64,000 nt of DNA from an uncultured Collinsella sp. (lineage in GTDB: Bacteria; Actinomycetota; Coriobacteriia; Coriobacteriales; Coriobacteriaceae): assembly GCA_900544935.1 (NCBI GenBank), contig UQXB01000002.1, forward strand, positions 4,110 to 68,109. Direction: 5' to 3'. Both the position numbers and the translations under genes were made by a program. The notes beneath the pieces were generated by a model that saw nothing but the letters and a program-made list of their open reading frames with translations, did not search any database and was not told the origin of the DNA. Positions 9,606 to 20,054 of the stretch are shown here, in pieces. Each line of letters opens with the position of its first letter. Within the stretch, counting starts at the first letter, position 1.

Positions 9606-11552
9606 ATGGAACAGAGGGTCCTCGGGGGAAGATACCTCCTCAAGGATAAGGTGGGAACGGGCGGTATGGCGACCGTCTTCCGTGCACAGGATCAGGTCCT
9701 CGACCGCACGGTTGCCGTCAAGATCATGCTGCCGCAGTATGCCGGCGATGCCACCTTCGCCGCCCGCTTTAAGCAGGAGGCCCAGGCAGCTGCCGGCCTG
9801 TCCTCCCCCTATATCGTGGGCGTCTACGACTGGGGCAAGGACGGCGACACCTATTACATCGTCATGGAGTACCTGCGCGGTACCGACCTTAAGAGCGGCA
9901 TCAAGAGCCACGGCGCCCTCGATCCCAAGAAGGTCGCGCAGATCGGCTCGCAGATCAGCTCCGCGCTTTCGGTCGCACACAAGCACGAGATCATCCACCG
10001 CGACATTAAGCCGCAAAACATCATGGTGCTGCCCGACGGCAACATCAAGGTCATGGATTTTGGCATCGCACGCGCCAAGAACAGCCACCTCACGCAGGAT
10101 AACAACGTGCTGGGCACCGCCCACTACGTCAGCCCCGAGCAGACCCGCGGCCAGGACCTCGGCCCCACCTCGGATATCTACTCGCTGGGTGTCGTCATGT
10201 ACGAGTGTGCCACCGGCCGCGTACCCTTTGACGGCGACGACGCCATCTCGGTCGCGCTCAAGCAGGTCAACGAGCTCCCCATCCCGCCGAGCCAGATCAA
10301 CTCCGGCGTCGACGCCGACCTGGAGCGCATCATCCTCAAGTGCATGGAGAAGGACCCGGCAAACCGCTTCCAGACGGCCGACGAGCTGCGCCAGGTGCTC
10401 AACAGCTACCTGTCCGGCCGTGCCGTCAACGTCTCGGAGCCCACGCGCATCATTGGCGCCGCGGGCGACCTGGGCGCTACCAAGACCCGTGAGCTGTCTG
10501 ACTCCACGCGCGCTATGGTTCGCCCCGTATCGGGCGTAAGCGGACAGACCAACCCCCGCAGCGCCGTCTCGGGTTCCACCGGTTCCTACGAGGTCGATCA
10601 GCCCAAGTCCAACAAGAACAAGATTATCGCCGCCGTAGTCGCCGCAATCGCCGTGGTTGGCGTTGTGGTGGCCTTCGCCACCGGGCTCTTTGGGGGCGAG
10701 CAGGTTACGGTGCCCGATGTGCTTAACAAGGACCAGCAGACCGCTATCGAGCTGATCAAGGAGGCCGGCCTTGAGGTCGGAACTGTCGACCAGAGCTATA
10801 ACGACGATGTCGACGAGGGCAAGGTTGCCGAGCAGACCCCCAACGGCAACACTAAGAAGCCCAAGGGCTCCAAGGTGAACCTGGTGATCTCCAAGGGCCC
10901 CAAGCCCTCCGAGAAAGTTGAGGTTCCGCAGCTCGTCGGCCTAACCAAGGACCAGGCCGAGGCCGCGCTGGCAAGCGTGGGCCTGAAGGGCAACGCAACC
11001 GAGGAGGCCAACGAGGCCGACGAAGGCCAGGTCTTTGAGCAGGGCACTGATGCCGGCAAGGAAGTCGAGAAGGGCACGACCATCTCGTATAAGGTCTCCA
11101 GCGGTCCTGACACCACCTCCGTCCCCGATCTGACCGACATGACCGAGGCCCAGGCACGCAACGCTCTCGACATGGCTGGCTTTGGCGTCGACGTGAGCTA
11201 CCAGGAAAACGACTCGGTTACCGAGGGCACCGTAATTAGCTGGAACCCTAGCGGCAAGCAGAAGCCCGGTGCCACGATCACCGTCGTCATCGCCAAGAAG
11301 TCCGGCAAGGCCAGCGTCCCGGGTAACCTGTACGGCAAGAGCATCTCCGCCGCCGTCACCGCGCTCAACAACGCCGGTTTCTACAACATCGCATTCTGCG
11401 ATCAGAACGGCAACCCCGTGAGCGGCAACGAAAACGCCACCGTTACGGGCGTCTCCCCCACCGGCAAGCAGTCCACCGACAGCACGATCACGCTGACGGT
11501 TTCGCTTTCTGGCTCTGCCTCGGGTGACGATTCCGACACGACGACTAACTAG
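9606..11552 (+). CDS. pknB: Ser/Thr protein kinase PknB-type with extracellular PASTA repeats
   Basis: Kinase motifs: VGTGGMATVFRA, AVKIM, HRDIKPQNIMV, DFGIA, HYVSPEQ. TM IIAAVVAAIAVVGVVVAFA. Three to four PASTA-like repeats (…VPDVLNKDQQTAIELIKEAGLEVG…, …VPQLVGLTKDQAEAALASVGL…, …VPDLTDMTEAQARNALDMAGF…). ATG at 9606 after AGGAG. Confidence 0.85.
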   Translation: MEQRVLGGRYLLKDKVGTGGMATVFRAQDQVLDRTVAVKIMLPQYAGDATFAARFKQEAQAAAGLSSPYIVGVYDWGKDGDTYYIVMEYLRGTDLKSGIKSHGALDPKKVAQIGSQISSALSVAHKHEIIHRDIKPQNIMVLPDGNIKVMDFGIARAKNSHLTQDNNVLGTAHYVSPEQTRGQDLGPTSDIYSLGVVMYECATGRVPFDGDDAISVALKQVNELPIPPSQINSGVDADLERIILKCMEKDPANRFQTADELRQVLNSYLSGRAVNVSEPTRIIGAAGDLGATKTRELSDSTRAMVRPVSGVSGQTNPRSAVSGSTGSYEVDQPKSNKNKIIAAVVAAIAVVGVVVAFATGLFGGEQVTVPDVLNKDQQTAIELIKEAGLEVGTVDQSYNDDVDEGKVAEQTPNGNTKKPKGSKVNLVISKGPKPSEKVEVPQLVGLTKDQAEAALASVGLKGNATEEANEADEGQVFEQGTDAGKEVEKGTTISYKVSSGPDTTSVPDLTDMTEAQARNALDMAGFGVDVSYQENDSVTEGTVISWNPSGKQKPGATITVVIAKKSGKASVPGNLYGKSISAAVTALNNAGFYNIAFCDQNGNPVSGNENATVTGVSPTGKQSTDSTITLTVSLSGSASGDDSDTTTN

Positions 11553-11605
11553 TCGACAACCCATCACCTGCAGCGGCTATGGCCGCAAACATATTCGCTC
11601 AACGG

Positions 11606-11643
11606 CGCCCGCTTGCTCCCCAGCAAGCGGGCGCGTTATTTAT
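11606..11643 (+). terminator. rho-independent terminator downstream of pknB
   Basis: GCGCCCGCTTGCT-cccc-AGCAAGCGGGCGC hairpin followed by TTATTTAT. Lies between convergent genes. Confidence 0.6.
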
Positions 11644-12045
11644 CGACAGGCCAGGGCTCCATAGCAACGCAAAGAGGCCCGCAAAAGCGAGCCTCTCAGG
11701 TAACAACAGATATGTGATGCAGTAATTACTAGCCGCAGAACTTCACCATGGTCTCGACCATGGACTCTTGCCTATAGACAAAATGTCCAGAAGCAAGGAG
11801 ATGAAAGAGTAAGGACAACGCCCTCTAAAAGAAGGCCGTATATGAAGATTGCATATCCCTTTTGCCTTCATATACTCAAGAAGCACCCCTCGAAGCGCTC
11901 CTGAGAGGCCCCCTTGGATGCAACCCAGGGGATCCAGATTCTGGTAGACATCGGCACAGCAAAATCCTGCCGCGCAGGCACGAACGGACATCTTGACTCC
12001 CAACGCAATGCGGGGCGCCCCAAGACACCCCGCCACGACAAAAAA

Positions 12046-12918
12046 CTAGTTCTCGTAGACCAGCGGGTGGCCCCAACTGCCCTCGATCTTGCAGGTCTGC
12101 GCCGCAAAACCGGCAGCGAAGTCCAAGCTCTCGCGAATTGCGGCCTCGCCGCACTCGCCGGCCTTCTTCTTGGAAAGATAGGTGACCAAAAACGCCGTCA
12201 GCAGTGAATCGCCGGCCGCCATAGCGTCTTTGAGCTCCTCGGGCGCCACGGGCTTGATGCCCTGCTCGTAGAAGTTTTCGCCGTCATAGGCGACGGAACC
12301 CTTGCTCCCGCGCGACGCGCATACGATTTGAGGGCCAAGGGCCTTCACCCACTCGAGCTTCGCCTTGATATCCTCCAGGGAAGCGTCGCCCATGGACATA
12401 AAGGCGTACGTCACAAATGGCGCAATCTGCTCGAAGTACTCGTCGGTGGAGTCATCGGAGAAGTCGAAGCTGATAGGCACACCGGCAGCCTTGATCTTGG
12501 GGAGCTCGCGCTCGGTGAAGCAGTAGTTGCCGCTGTGCACCAAATCGAAGCCGCTGACGTACTCGGCGGCGAAGCGGTCTATCACGTAGCGCATGTCGCC
12601 ACGTATGCCGCCTTCATTGGAGCCCAGGAAGATACGGTCCCCGGTCTTGTCAACGGTCACGCGAGCGGCGCCGTTGACGCCCAGGACCTGCTGGCAGCGA
12701 AGAAGCTCGACGCCCTCGTCCTCAAGCGATGCTATAACGTGCTCGGCCTCCTCATCTGATCCGAAGATTCCCATGTAGGCGCTGCGATCGACACCGAGCT
12801 TCTTGGCGAAGACGGCGAAGTTGACTGCGTTGCCGCCGGGATACATAGTCTTGATATGCTCGTACTTATCGACAACGTTGTCTCCAAAGCCGAGCACGCT
12901 TATAGGATAGGCTGCCAT
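12046..12918 (-). CDS. PfkB-family carbohydrate kinase (fructoselysine 6-kinase FrlD-like)
   Basis: Ribokinase/PfkB fold signatures (GGNAVNFA…, C-terminal DxxGAGD-like AAGDSLL). ATG at 12918 with GGAGA 6 nt upstream. The FrlD-like role is inferred from context. Confidence 0.6.
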   Translation of the reverse strand: MAAYPISVLGFGDNVVDKYEHIKTMYPGGNAVNFAVFAKKLGVDRSAYMGIFGSDEEAEHVIASLEDEGVELLRCQQVLGVNGAARVTVDKTGDRIFLGSNEGGIRGDMRYVIDRFAAEYVSGFDLVHSGNYCFTERELPKIKAAGVPISFDFSDDSTDEYFEQIAPFVTYAFMSMGDASLEDIKAKLEWVKALGPQIVCASRGSKGSVAYDGENFYEQGIKPVAPEELKDAMAAGDSLLTAFLVTYLSKKKAGECGEAAIRESLDFAAGFAAQTCKIEGSWGHPLVYEN

Positions 12919-13016
12919 GGTTATCTCCATTCAGGTAAACCGCCGTGGCTACGGCGAGCAGAAGAGGCGCGAGGATTCGCACGTCTCAACGCGCTTCGCG
13001 CCCCGTTCTAAAATCG

Positions 13017-13985
13017 CTAGTACTTCTCGATGCCCATGTAACGACGCACGTCCGGGTGATGGTCGAACACCTTGCCGCGAGCGGAGCGCAGCTCACAGTT
13101 CATCGCGTAGAACAGGATTGGATCAAGGAACGCGCGAACGCTTGCCGGTACTTGGTCCATGCCGTACTCCATGGCGTCGAGCACCATAAGAGTGTCGGTA
13201 TGGGTCTCGAGGAATGCGAGGGCGCGCTCATCCATGGCTCGGCACTCACTGGAAGACATCTGCAGGAAGTAGAAGACTCCGGGCTCGGTCACCTCGAAGG
13301 GGCCGTGGAAGTACTCGCCGGAGTGGATATAGGCGCAGCTCTGCCACTGCATCTCCATAAGCGAGCAGATAGCGAAGCCATAGGTCTGGCTAAACACGGG
13401 ACCGGATCCCAAGATATACAGGAACTTGTGGTCCTGGCACAGGGCAGCGAAACGGTCGCAAAGTTCGGCGTTGACCTTCTCGCGAGCCGCAGGCAGGATC
13501 CGGTCCATCTTGGCGATGCCTTCGTACATATCGGCAAGGTCAGCATAACCTTCCTGCTGATCCAAGAGCTCGGCAGCGAGAGCCAAAGAGATGCCGGCGG
13601 GTACCTCCGCCTGCGGAACTCCCTCGCCCCACGGATATACCCAGCACGTCCACTCACCGTTATCGATGCCGGAGCCGGCGTTGTCGGTCTGTGCGATAAC
13701 GGTTGCGCCCGCCGCCTTGGCGATCGAGCACGCATCGATTACCTCGGGAGTGTTGCCGGAGTGGCTGCAAGCGATAACAAGGGACTTTTCGCCCAGGCGC
13801 TTGGGACGCATGATATCGAACTCGCGGGCGGTATACGCCTCACTGGCAAACGTAGTCGCCTCGCGCTTAAGCAGCTCATGGGCGGGCAGCAGGTCGATGA
13901 GGGAGCCGCCGCAGGCAACCCAGAAGACGCTATCGAAACCGCCCTTTTCGGCGATTGCGTCGGCGATGAGATCATGTGCGTTCAT
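13017..13985 (-). CDS. SIS-domain protein (fructoselysine-6-phosphate deglycase FrlB-like / GlmS C-domain-like)
   Basis: Tandem SIS-like segments (VFWVACGGSL…, FLYILGSGPVFSQT). ATG at 13985 with GAAAGGAAG RBS. The ORF-track upstream extension is rejected. Confidence 0.6.
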   Translation of the reverse strand: MNAHDLIADAIAEKGGFDSVFWVACGGSLIDLLPAHELLKREATTFASEAYTAREFDIMRPKRLGEKSLVIACSHSGNTPEVIDACSIAKAAGATVIAQTDNAGSGIDNGEWTCWVYPWGEGVPQAEVPAGISLALAAELLDQQEGYADLADMYEGIAKMDRILPAAREKVNAELCDRFAALCQDHKFLYILGSGPVFSQTYGFAICSLMEMQWQSCAYIHSGEYFHGPFEVTEPGVFYFLQMSSSECRAMDERALAFLETHTDTLMVLDAMEYGMDQVPASVRAFLDPILFYAMNCELRSARGKVFDHHPDVRRYMGIEKY

Positions 13986-14085
13986 TGTTATTCTTCCTTT
14001 CGATACGGCGGACGAATCCGCCAACGTTTACTGCAAGTCTTCTCGTCAAGCGTGTTGACTGCCCCACGCGAATGGGAGCTACGCG

Positions 14086-14943
14086 CTAGTCGACAAAATA
14101 CCTCTCGAAGGCGTCCATGTTGCGCCGGTCCGCTGCTGCGGGATCATCGAAATACCTTCCATCGGTGATCTCCTGGCCAAGATAGCCCTCGAACCCATGC
14201 GCGTTGAGGACACGCACGAAATCGTCCATGCTGTGCTTTCCATCGCCCCAAACCAGATGGCCGTATGGGTCGCCATCAATGAAGTGCATGTTCCTTATGG
14301 CACCATCGCCAAACTCGGCAAACCACTCTTCAAGGCTCTCGCCGGCGACTCCCATAGCAGTAGTGTCCACCATTGGAGTAAGGTGCGGGTTGGCTACTTG
14401 GTCAAGCATGCGCCTGGCATCCGCGAGTGTAACCACCAAGTTGCTCTCTTCCGGCCTCAGGCTCTCCATGCAGAGGGTCACGCCGTGCTCGCCGGCATAG
14501 TCCGCAAGAATCGCCAAGTGCTCGGCAGAGCGCTTCCAAGCTTCCTCGCGGTCCTCGTCCCAATCGCCCCAACCGGAGTTGATGGACATATACGGGGCGC
14601 CGAGCACCTCGGCGAGCTCGATGCCGTGCTTGAAGTAAGCGAGGCTCCGCTGCGCGTGGAGGGGCTTTCTGGCAGCGTACTGCCACGGATACACCACGTT
14701 CTCCGGGCACAGGGAGCTCCCGGAGAGTCCGCGGGACTCGATCTTGCGGCGAAGCTTGTCGGCCTCGAAATACCCCGTGTGGTCCAGCGTCACGTGCGGC
14801 TCGGCCGCCCAAAGCTCGATGGTTTTGAAGCCAAGGCGCTGCTGAACATCAAGGAAATAATCGAGCGACCACATGATGTAGTGAATGTTCATGCCGGCGA
14901 CCTGCTCGCGACGCAGGCGGGGCGCGGAAGCGTTTAAATCCAT
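14086..14943 (-). CDS. sugar-phosphate isomerase/epimerase, xylose-isomerase-like TIM barrel (FrlC-like)
   Basis: AP-endonuclease/xylose isomerase-like TIM-barrel pattern. Second ATG (MDLNAS…) has GGAGAGGAG 9 nt upstream. The long N-terminal ORF-track extension is rejected. Confidence 0.55.
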   Translation of the reverse strand: MDLNASAPRLRREQVAGMNIHYIMWSLDYFLDVQQRLGFKTIELWAAEPHVTLDHTGYFEADKLRRKIESRGLSGSSLCPENVVYPWQYAARKPLHAQRSLAYFKHGIELAEVLGAPYMSINSGWGDWDEDREEAWKRSAEHLAILADYAGEHGVTLCMESLRPEESNLVVTLADARRMLDQVANPHLTPMVDTTAMGVAGESLEEWFAEFGDGAIRNMHFIDGDPYGHLVWGDGKHSMDDFVRVLNAHGFEGYLGQEITDGRYFDDPAAADRRNMDAFERYFVD

Positions 14944-14960
14944 GCTGGGCATCTCCTCTC

Positions 14961-16523
14961 CTAGCAATCTTCGTACACGACCCGACCATCGCTCAGCGTG
15001 AGCGAGACCTGGATGTCTCTGGCATCTTTGGGGTCCACCGCAAACATATCGCGGTCCAAAACGCAGATGTCCGCGAGCTTGCCCGCCTCGAGGGTGCCGA
15101 AATCGTTCTCGCGAACCAGATCGTAGGAACCCCCGGCAGTCCATGCCCGCAGCAGCTCGGCAACGCTAACGGTATTCTGCGGGTTGACGTCCAAACCGTC
15201 GGCGAAGTACCCTCCGCAGGCGCTGTAGATCGAATCTCCTAGATGCGGGATAAGGAGGGGAAGATCGGTTCCGCAGCACAGCACACATCCGCCATCCACC
15301 ATGGCGCGACGGTTCCAGCTGCGGGAGAGCCTCTTCTCTCCTATCTGGCGACGCATGGTCGAAAGGCAATCCTCGCGCTTATCAAGAGTAAGGATCTGGG
15401 GATAGACCTCGCAGATACCGCCGATGGCGCCCATGCGCGCCAGGTCAGCTGGATCGGAGTTCTCAAGGTCCGTAATCGAATGCCTGCGAGCGAGCCTTCC
15501 CGACTCATCACGCGGTAGCCGCTCATACAGGTCGATCGTCTTGCGAACGGCCCCATCCCCCTGGCAATGCAGGGAGTAGCGGAATCCCTGGGCATCGATC
15601 TCGGACAGCTCGCGAGAGATGAGGTCCCATTCGGGCTCCTCGACCACGGTCTTTCCGCCGGCACCCGCATCGGCCCCCTCCTCGTAGGGATCGATCATCT
15701 CGGCCAGGCCGCACCACACGCCGCGATCGGTCATGCGATTGAAGCCGGAGAACCTGACGAAGTCTCCTTGGAAGCGGTCGCGCGCCGAGCAGGCGTAATC
15801 AAGGTCGGCTCCATGCCCGACGGGCTGGCTCATCATGTCGACCCTAACCGTAAGTTCGCCTTCCTGCTCGCGGCGATACATCTCGTCCGCAAATCCGTAA
15901 TAATCGTCAAAGCACATCTCCTTGATGGCGGTGACGCCACGGGAGTTAAGCATGGTCATGTAGTCGCCATACGCATCGCGGACTTCCTGAAGAGGTAGAT
16001 AATCGCGCATAAGGTGCCAAATCATCTCGGCATAGCAAGCCTCGGGCGTAAAACCATAGCGCGCAGATGCGGCGGAGTTGAGCACGCAGGTCTCCGCGCC
16101 GGCAGTAAAGGCGACGGCAGGCGTGGATGAGAACTTCTCGTCCAACATATCAACCAAGTCGTCACCCATAAGGGTCTCCGGAAGGTTCATGCCCAACGCC
16201 ATAGGGGCCTGGGGCCGCTCCTCCTTCCAATTCGACATCGCGGTGAAAACATCATCTGCCGAGGTCGCATCGATAAGATCGGCGCCGATGCGACGGAGCA
16301 CCCAGCCGGTAAAGAACGTGTGCACGTCGACAAGGCCTGCCATGACGGTTCTGGAGCCAAGGTCGCGAACCTCGTCCGCATGCGCAGTATATTCGGCAGC
16401 CCGATCAGAGGCGCCCACGGATTCGATGCGATTACCGCGAATCGAAACATATCCGTCGATCGGTTCATCGGAAAGGCCGGTAAAGATGCTGCGGGACAGC
16501 AATACTAGCGAACGATCAAACAC
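14961..16523 (-). CDS. metal-dependent amidohydrolase (amidohydrolase-3 family)
   Basis: GTG start with AGGAGG 6 nt upstream. Conserved HxH-like metal site near the N-terminus (VDVHTFF) and C-terminal CCGTDLP…D motif typical of the amidohydrolase superfamily. Confidence 0.65.
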   Translation of the reverse strand: MFDRSLVLLSRSIFTGLSDEPIDGYVSIRGNRIESVGASDRAAEYTAHADEVRDLGSRTVMAGLVDVHTFFTGWVLRRIGADLIDATSADDVFTAMSNWKEERPQAPMALGMNLPETLMGDDLVDMLDEKFSSTPAVAFTAGAETCVLNSAASARYGFTPEACYAEMIWHLMRDYLPLQEVRDAYGDYMTMLNSRGVTAIKEMCFDDYYGFADEMYRREQEGELTVRVDMMSQPVGHGADLDYACSARDRFQGDFVRFSGFNRMTDRGVWCGLAEMIDPYEEGADAGAGGKTVVEEPEWDLISRELSEIDAQGFRYSLHCQGDGAVRKTIDLYERLPRDESGRLARRHSITDLENSDPADLARMGAIGGICEVYPQILTLDKREDCLSTMRRQIGEKRLSRSWNRRAMVDGGCVLCCGTDLPLLIPHLGDSIYSACGGYFADGLDVNPQNTVSVAELLRAWTAGGSYDLVRENDFGTLEAGKLADICVLDRDMFAVDPKDARDIQVSLTLSDGRVVYEDC

Positions 16524-16533
16524 CGGGCACCTC

Positions 16534-17997
16534 CTACATCGGCAGTAGGCCGGAGATCACAGTCGCGACCAATCCGAACAGAACCATGAAGATAAAGAAC
16601 TTCCAGATGGTCTTCCACCATTGCCCGAAGGAGATCTTCGCCACGGCAAGACCCGCGACGGTCATGCCCGCAACGGGGCTGATGGTGTTGACGGTCTGGT
16701 TCGCGAACTGCAGAGCGGTGACGGCAGCCCCGGGATTGAGGCCCATAAGCTCGGTCAGCGGGCCCATGACGGGCATGGTGAGTGCAGCGAGGCCGGAGCT
16801 GGAAGGAACCAGCAGCGAAAGCAGGCCGAGGACGATGTACATGAAGGTGGTATAGATGAAGGACGGAGCGCCCGCAAGGAGTCCGACGAGCCAGTTAAGA
16901 ATAGAGTCGATGATCATTCCGCCCTCTGCGACGACCAGGATGCCGCGGGCGATGCCGATGATGCAGGCTGCGTAGGCGAAGTCGGCGATTCCGCGGACGA
17001 ACTCCTCCGCAATGGTCTTCTCGTCCAGGCCGCCGAGTATGCCGGCAAGAAGGCCCATGGCCAGGAACACCATGGAGATCTCGTCCATATACCAGCCCTG
17101 GGTAACGAGGCCCCACACGATAACGCCCATGCCGACCGCGAAATCAATGAGGACGAGCTTGTGGCGAAGCGTGAACTCCTCTTCGATAGAGGCATCGGTG
17201 ACAGAGAACTCGATGCGCTTCTGCTTATCGTCCTCATAGGTGATGGAGGACTTGGGATCGAGCTTGACGCGGCGCGCGTAGCGCATGGCCCAGAAAATGC
17301 CCGCGGCGGTGAAGATGACCCACAGGATGGCGCGGAGCCAAAGCTGGGGATTTCCCTCGATGCCGATAACGCCCTGGGCGATCAGCACGTTGAAAGGATC
17401 AATAGTGGATGCGCAGTAACCAAGGTTGGGGCCGAGGAAGCAGATGATGAACGCGGTCATGGAGTCATACCCGATGCTCAGCATGATGGGGATGAAGATC
17501 GCGTAGAACGGCAGCGCCTCCTCGGACATGCCGAACGTGGTGCCGCAGATCGAGAGCAGGATCATGGAGATGGGGATGATCAAGATGTCCTTGTTCTTCA
17601 GCTTCTTGATCACGCGGCTCATGCCGGCGTTTAGGGCGTTGGTCTTGGTGACGATGGCGAACGATCCGCCGATCAGCAGGACGAACGCGACGACATCGGC
17701 CGCAGCCTGAATGCCCTTGGCGGGAGCCTGCAGGACGGCATCGATGCCCTGTCGCAGATCGACGGTCTCCCCCGTCTCCGAATCGGTGTAGACCTTGTCG
17801 ACCTCTTGGTACGTTCCGGCTACGGCGACTTCTCGCTCGCCCGCGGCCGTCTGAATGGTCTGGCGGTCGAACTGACCCGATGGGACGATCCATGTGAGCA
17901 CCGCGAAGAACACGATCAGCATGAACGCGATGGTGTACACATGGGGAAGCTGGAGATGGAATCTGCGCTTGGGCTTCTCCTGTTTGGCATCCGGCAT
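16534..17997 (-). CDS. YfcC/DcuC-family polytopic membrane transporter
   Basis: About 12 TM helices. Family-typical motifs (…FLGPNLGYCASTIDPFN…). GGAGG RBS 6 nt before ATG at 17997. Confidence 0.65.
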   Translation of the reverse strand: MPDAKQEKPKRRFHLQLPHVYTIAFMLIVFFAVLTWIVPSGQFDRQTIQTAAGEREVAVAGTYQEVDKVYTDSETGETVDLRQGIDAVLQAPAKGIQAAADVVAFVLLIGGSFAIVTKTNALNAGMSRVIKKLKNKDILIIPISMILLSICGTTFGMSEEALPFYAIFIPIMLSIGYDSMTAFIICFLGPNLGYCASTIDPFNVLIAQGVIGIEGNPQLWLRAILWVIFTAAGIFWAMRYARRVKLDPKSSITYEDDKQKRIEFSVTDASIEEEFTLRHKLVLIDFAVGMGVIVWGLVTQGWYMDEISMVFLAMGLLAGILGGLDEKTIAEEFVRGIADFAYAACIIGIARGILVVAEGGMIIDSILNWLVGLLAGAPSFIYTTFMYIVLGLLSLLVPSSSGLAALTMPVMGPLTELMGLNPGAAVTALQFANQTVNTISPVAGMTVAGLAVAKISFGQWWKTIWKFFIFMVLFGLVATVISGLLPM

Positions 17998-18194
17998 TCT
18001 TAACCTCCTGCCAGAGCAACGATGCTTGCCAAAAATCCTTCACGTATAGGCAAACATCTTAGGTTGTTCTATGTATAACCTGCATGAAGGCGTCGGTCAA
18101 GAAACATATTAGGTTGTTCTATAAGTGGTAACTTTTACGCGCTAAACGGACCTGCCGCGGCAATACGAGAACAGCGCTGTGTGAGACAGAGCCG

Positions 18195-18929
18195 CTAGAT
18201 ATCGAAGCTGTAGCGCGAACCCACGTAGTACTGTCTGCCATAGCAGAAGCGCTCTCCGTTGGAATCGAGAAAGCCCGCGTTCATGAAGAACAGCGGCTCC
18301 CCTACTGGGACCTTGAGCTCGCGGGCGGCATCAATTCCCGCACGGGCGATCTCCAGCCTGCAGGGATCGGACGAGCAGGGATACCTACCCGTACGCTCCC
18401 CCACGGCCTCGAATATCGAACAATTGGAGAGACCGATATCTTTGAGAAATTCGAATCCATCGACAGGATAGTAGTTGTTCTCGAACAGGACCGGCACGCC
18501 GTCTGCGGTACGCACGCGTGAGACCAAGATGAGGTCAGAGCCTTCATCCAAGCCAAAGAAAGAAGCGAGGTCGCGATCGGCGGCAACGGTCTTGCGGGCA
18601 ACGACGCGAGCGCCCGCCTTCATGCCGTTTTCAGCGCATGCTTGGGTAAAACTCTGAACATCGTCCTTCTGATGCACCTTGCGAATTATCTTTGTCGCGG
18701 TCACAAACGTACCACGCCCCTGCCGCTTGGTGAGATACCCCTCGCCCACAAGCTCCTCTATTGCGCGGCGAACCGTGACCCTTCCCACGCCGTACATCTT
18801 AGAAAGCTCAAGTTCCGTTGGAATCTGCGAGTCAACGGGATATGTCCCCTGTTCGATATCGCTCTTAAGCAAATCGAGCACCTGTTGATACAGCGGGGCG
18901 GAAGAGCCCCCATCCAGATGCGCATCCAC
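18195..18929 (-). CDS. GntR/HutC-family transcriptional regulator (FrlR-like: wHTH + UTRA effector domain)
   Basis: N-terminal GntR HTH (IPTELELSKMYGVGRVTVRRAIEELVGEGYLTKRQGRGTFV). C-terminal UTRA-like domain. Sits at the head of the minus-strand sugar-amine locus. Confidence 0.75.
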   Translation of the reverse strand: MDAHLDGGSSAPLYQQVLDLLKSDIEQGTYPVDSQIPTELELSKMYGVGRVTVRRAIEELVGEGYLTKRQGRGTFVTATKIIRKVHQKDDVQSFTQACAENGMKAGARVVARKTVAADRDLASFFGLDEGSDLILVSRVRTADGVPVLFENNYYPVDGFEFLKDIGLSNCSIFEAVGERTGRYPCSSDPCRLEIARAGIDAARELKVPVGEPLFFMNAGFLDSNGERFCYGRQYYVGSRYSFDI

Positions 18930-20054
18930 AAAAACTCTCCCTTTAAGGCGTTCGCGATCTCAACGACTCCATTCTACCGCACACGGAAAAATGAGGTTAA
19001 ACACATAGGGGCCCTGCATGTTTGAGCGTATCGGGAATCTGGTCGCTGATTTCGTCCGCATTTGCTTGCGAAAAACCAAAACGCTCCTCGCGCTTGGCGA
19101 ACACGGTGAGGCCCGCCGCCTTGCACGCAGCGATCGATGATGCTCGTGTGATGTTGGCTTCCTTCCTTTGCTTGCGAGGCGCGTCACTCGTCCTGCTGAG
19201 CCGCGGGCCCATCGTTCGGCGTGGCCTGCCTGCGCGGGGCATGCCGGGAATTGATGTAGTCGTATGCGTAGGCGATCTCCGTGACGGGGACCTCCACGTG
19301 GTAATGGGCGGAAATGTCAGAGAAGCTCGTGCGGAATGCGATCGAGGTAGGCTCTGTGTCTCGGGGATGTTCATGCGGCTGGTCCTCCTTTCGCCACACA
19401 CCTTACGGGCGGGGTGGTGCGCGGAACGGGTTGGCGCCAGTGTTTCGTCACGGGCGCGTGCACTTCGGCACTCCATGCTACATCTGAGTGGCATATGGCG
19501 ACTTCTCGACACTCGCGCTCGACACAGCGAGCGGAAATGGCGCTGCCTGCCGAGCGCCTCGCGGGCGCATCCCGACCGCAGAAGTGAGCGCGAAGGCTCG
19601 TCGAAGTGCTGGGTGGGGGACCGGCGGTCTGGATACGCGGTTTCGTTCGGCGAAGGCGGCGAGGCGAATGGCATGGCGAACGTACGGGTTTGACGTGAAC
19701 GGGTTGCCCGTGGCGGCGTGGTATCGGGAGGAGACGGTCGAGCAGGTGCTCGCGCCGCTGCTCGCCCGTCTCGCGCGCTCGCATCAGGAGAAGGGGTCGC
19801 AGGCCCATCTCGGCAACCCGGTGCGCATACGCTATTGCGACCGGGACGGCCACGTGTCGCGAACGGATATCGTCCGCCAGGTGGACGTCGCGCCGCGAAA
19901 TGCAGACTCGCCTCAATCGTCGGTAAGGGGTGCCGCGGGCGATACGATGGAATCCACGGACCGCACCGCGCCGCCGAGATTGCGACGCGAACGCAGGCGA
20001 TGCGCCCGAAAAACTCCTCCGCGCATGTAGGGCGAAACGCCAGATTGGAGCTCC

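Noticed and set aside
16621-17634. 337-aa plus ORF antisense to the YfcC-family transporter
   Set aside because: Asp/Gly/His-rich shadow frame. The minus-strand product is a coherent 12-TM transporter with RBS.
19184-19399. 71-aa minus ORF (MWRKEDQPHEHP…HYHVEVPVTEIAYAYDYINSRHAP) in the gene-poor stretch
   Set aside because: Has some protein-like character but no clear RBS for its first ATG and no recognisable family. Treated as a possible remnant only.
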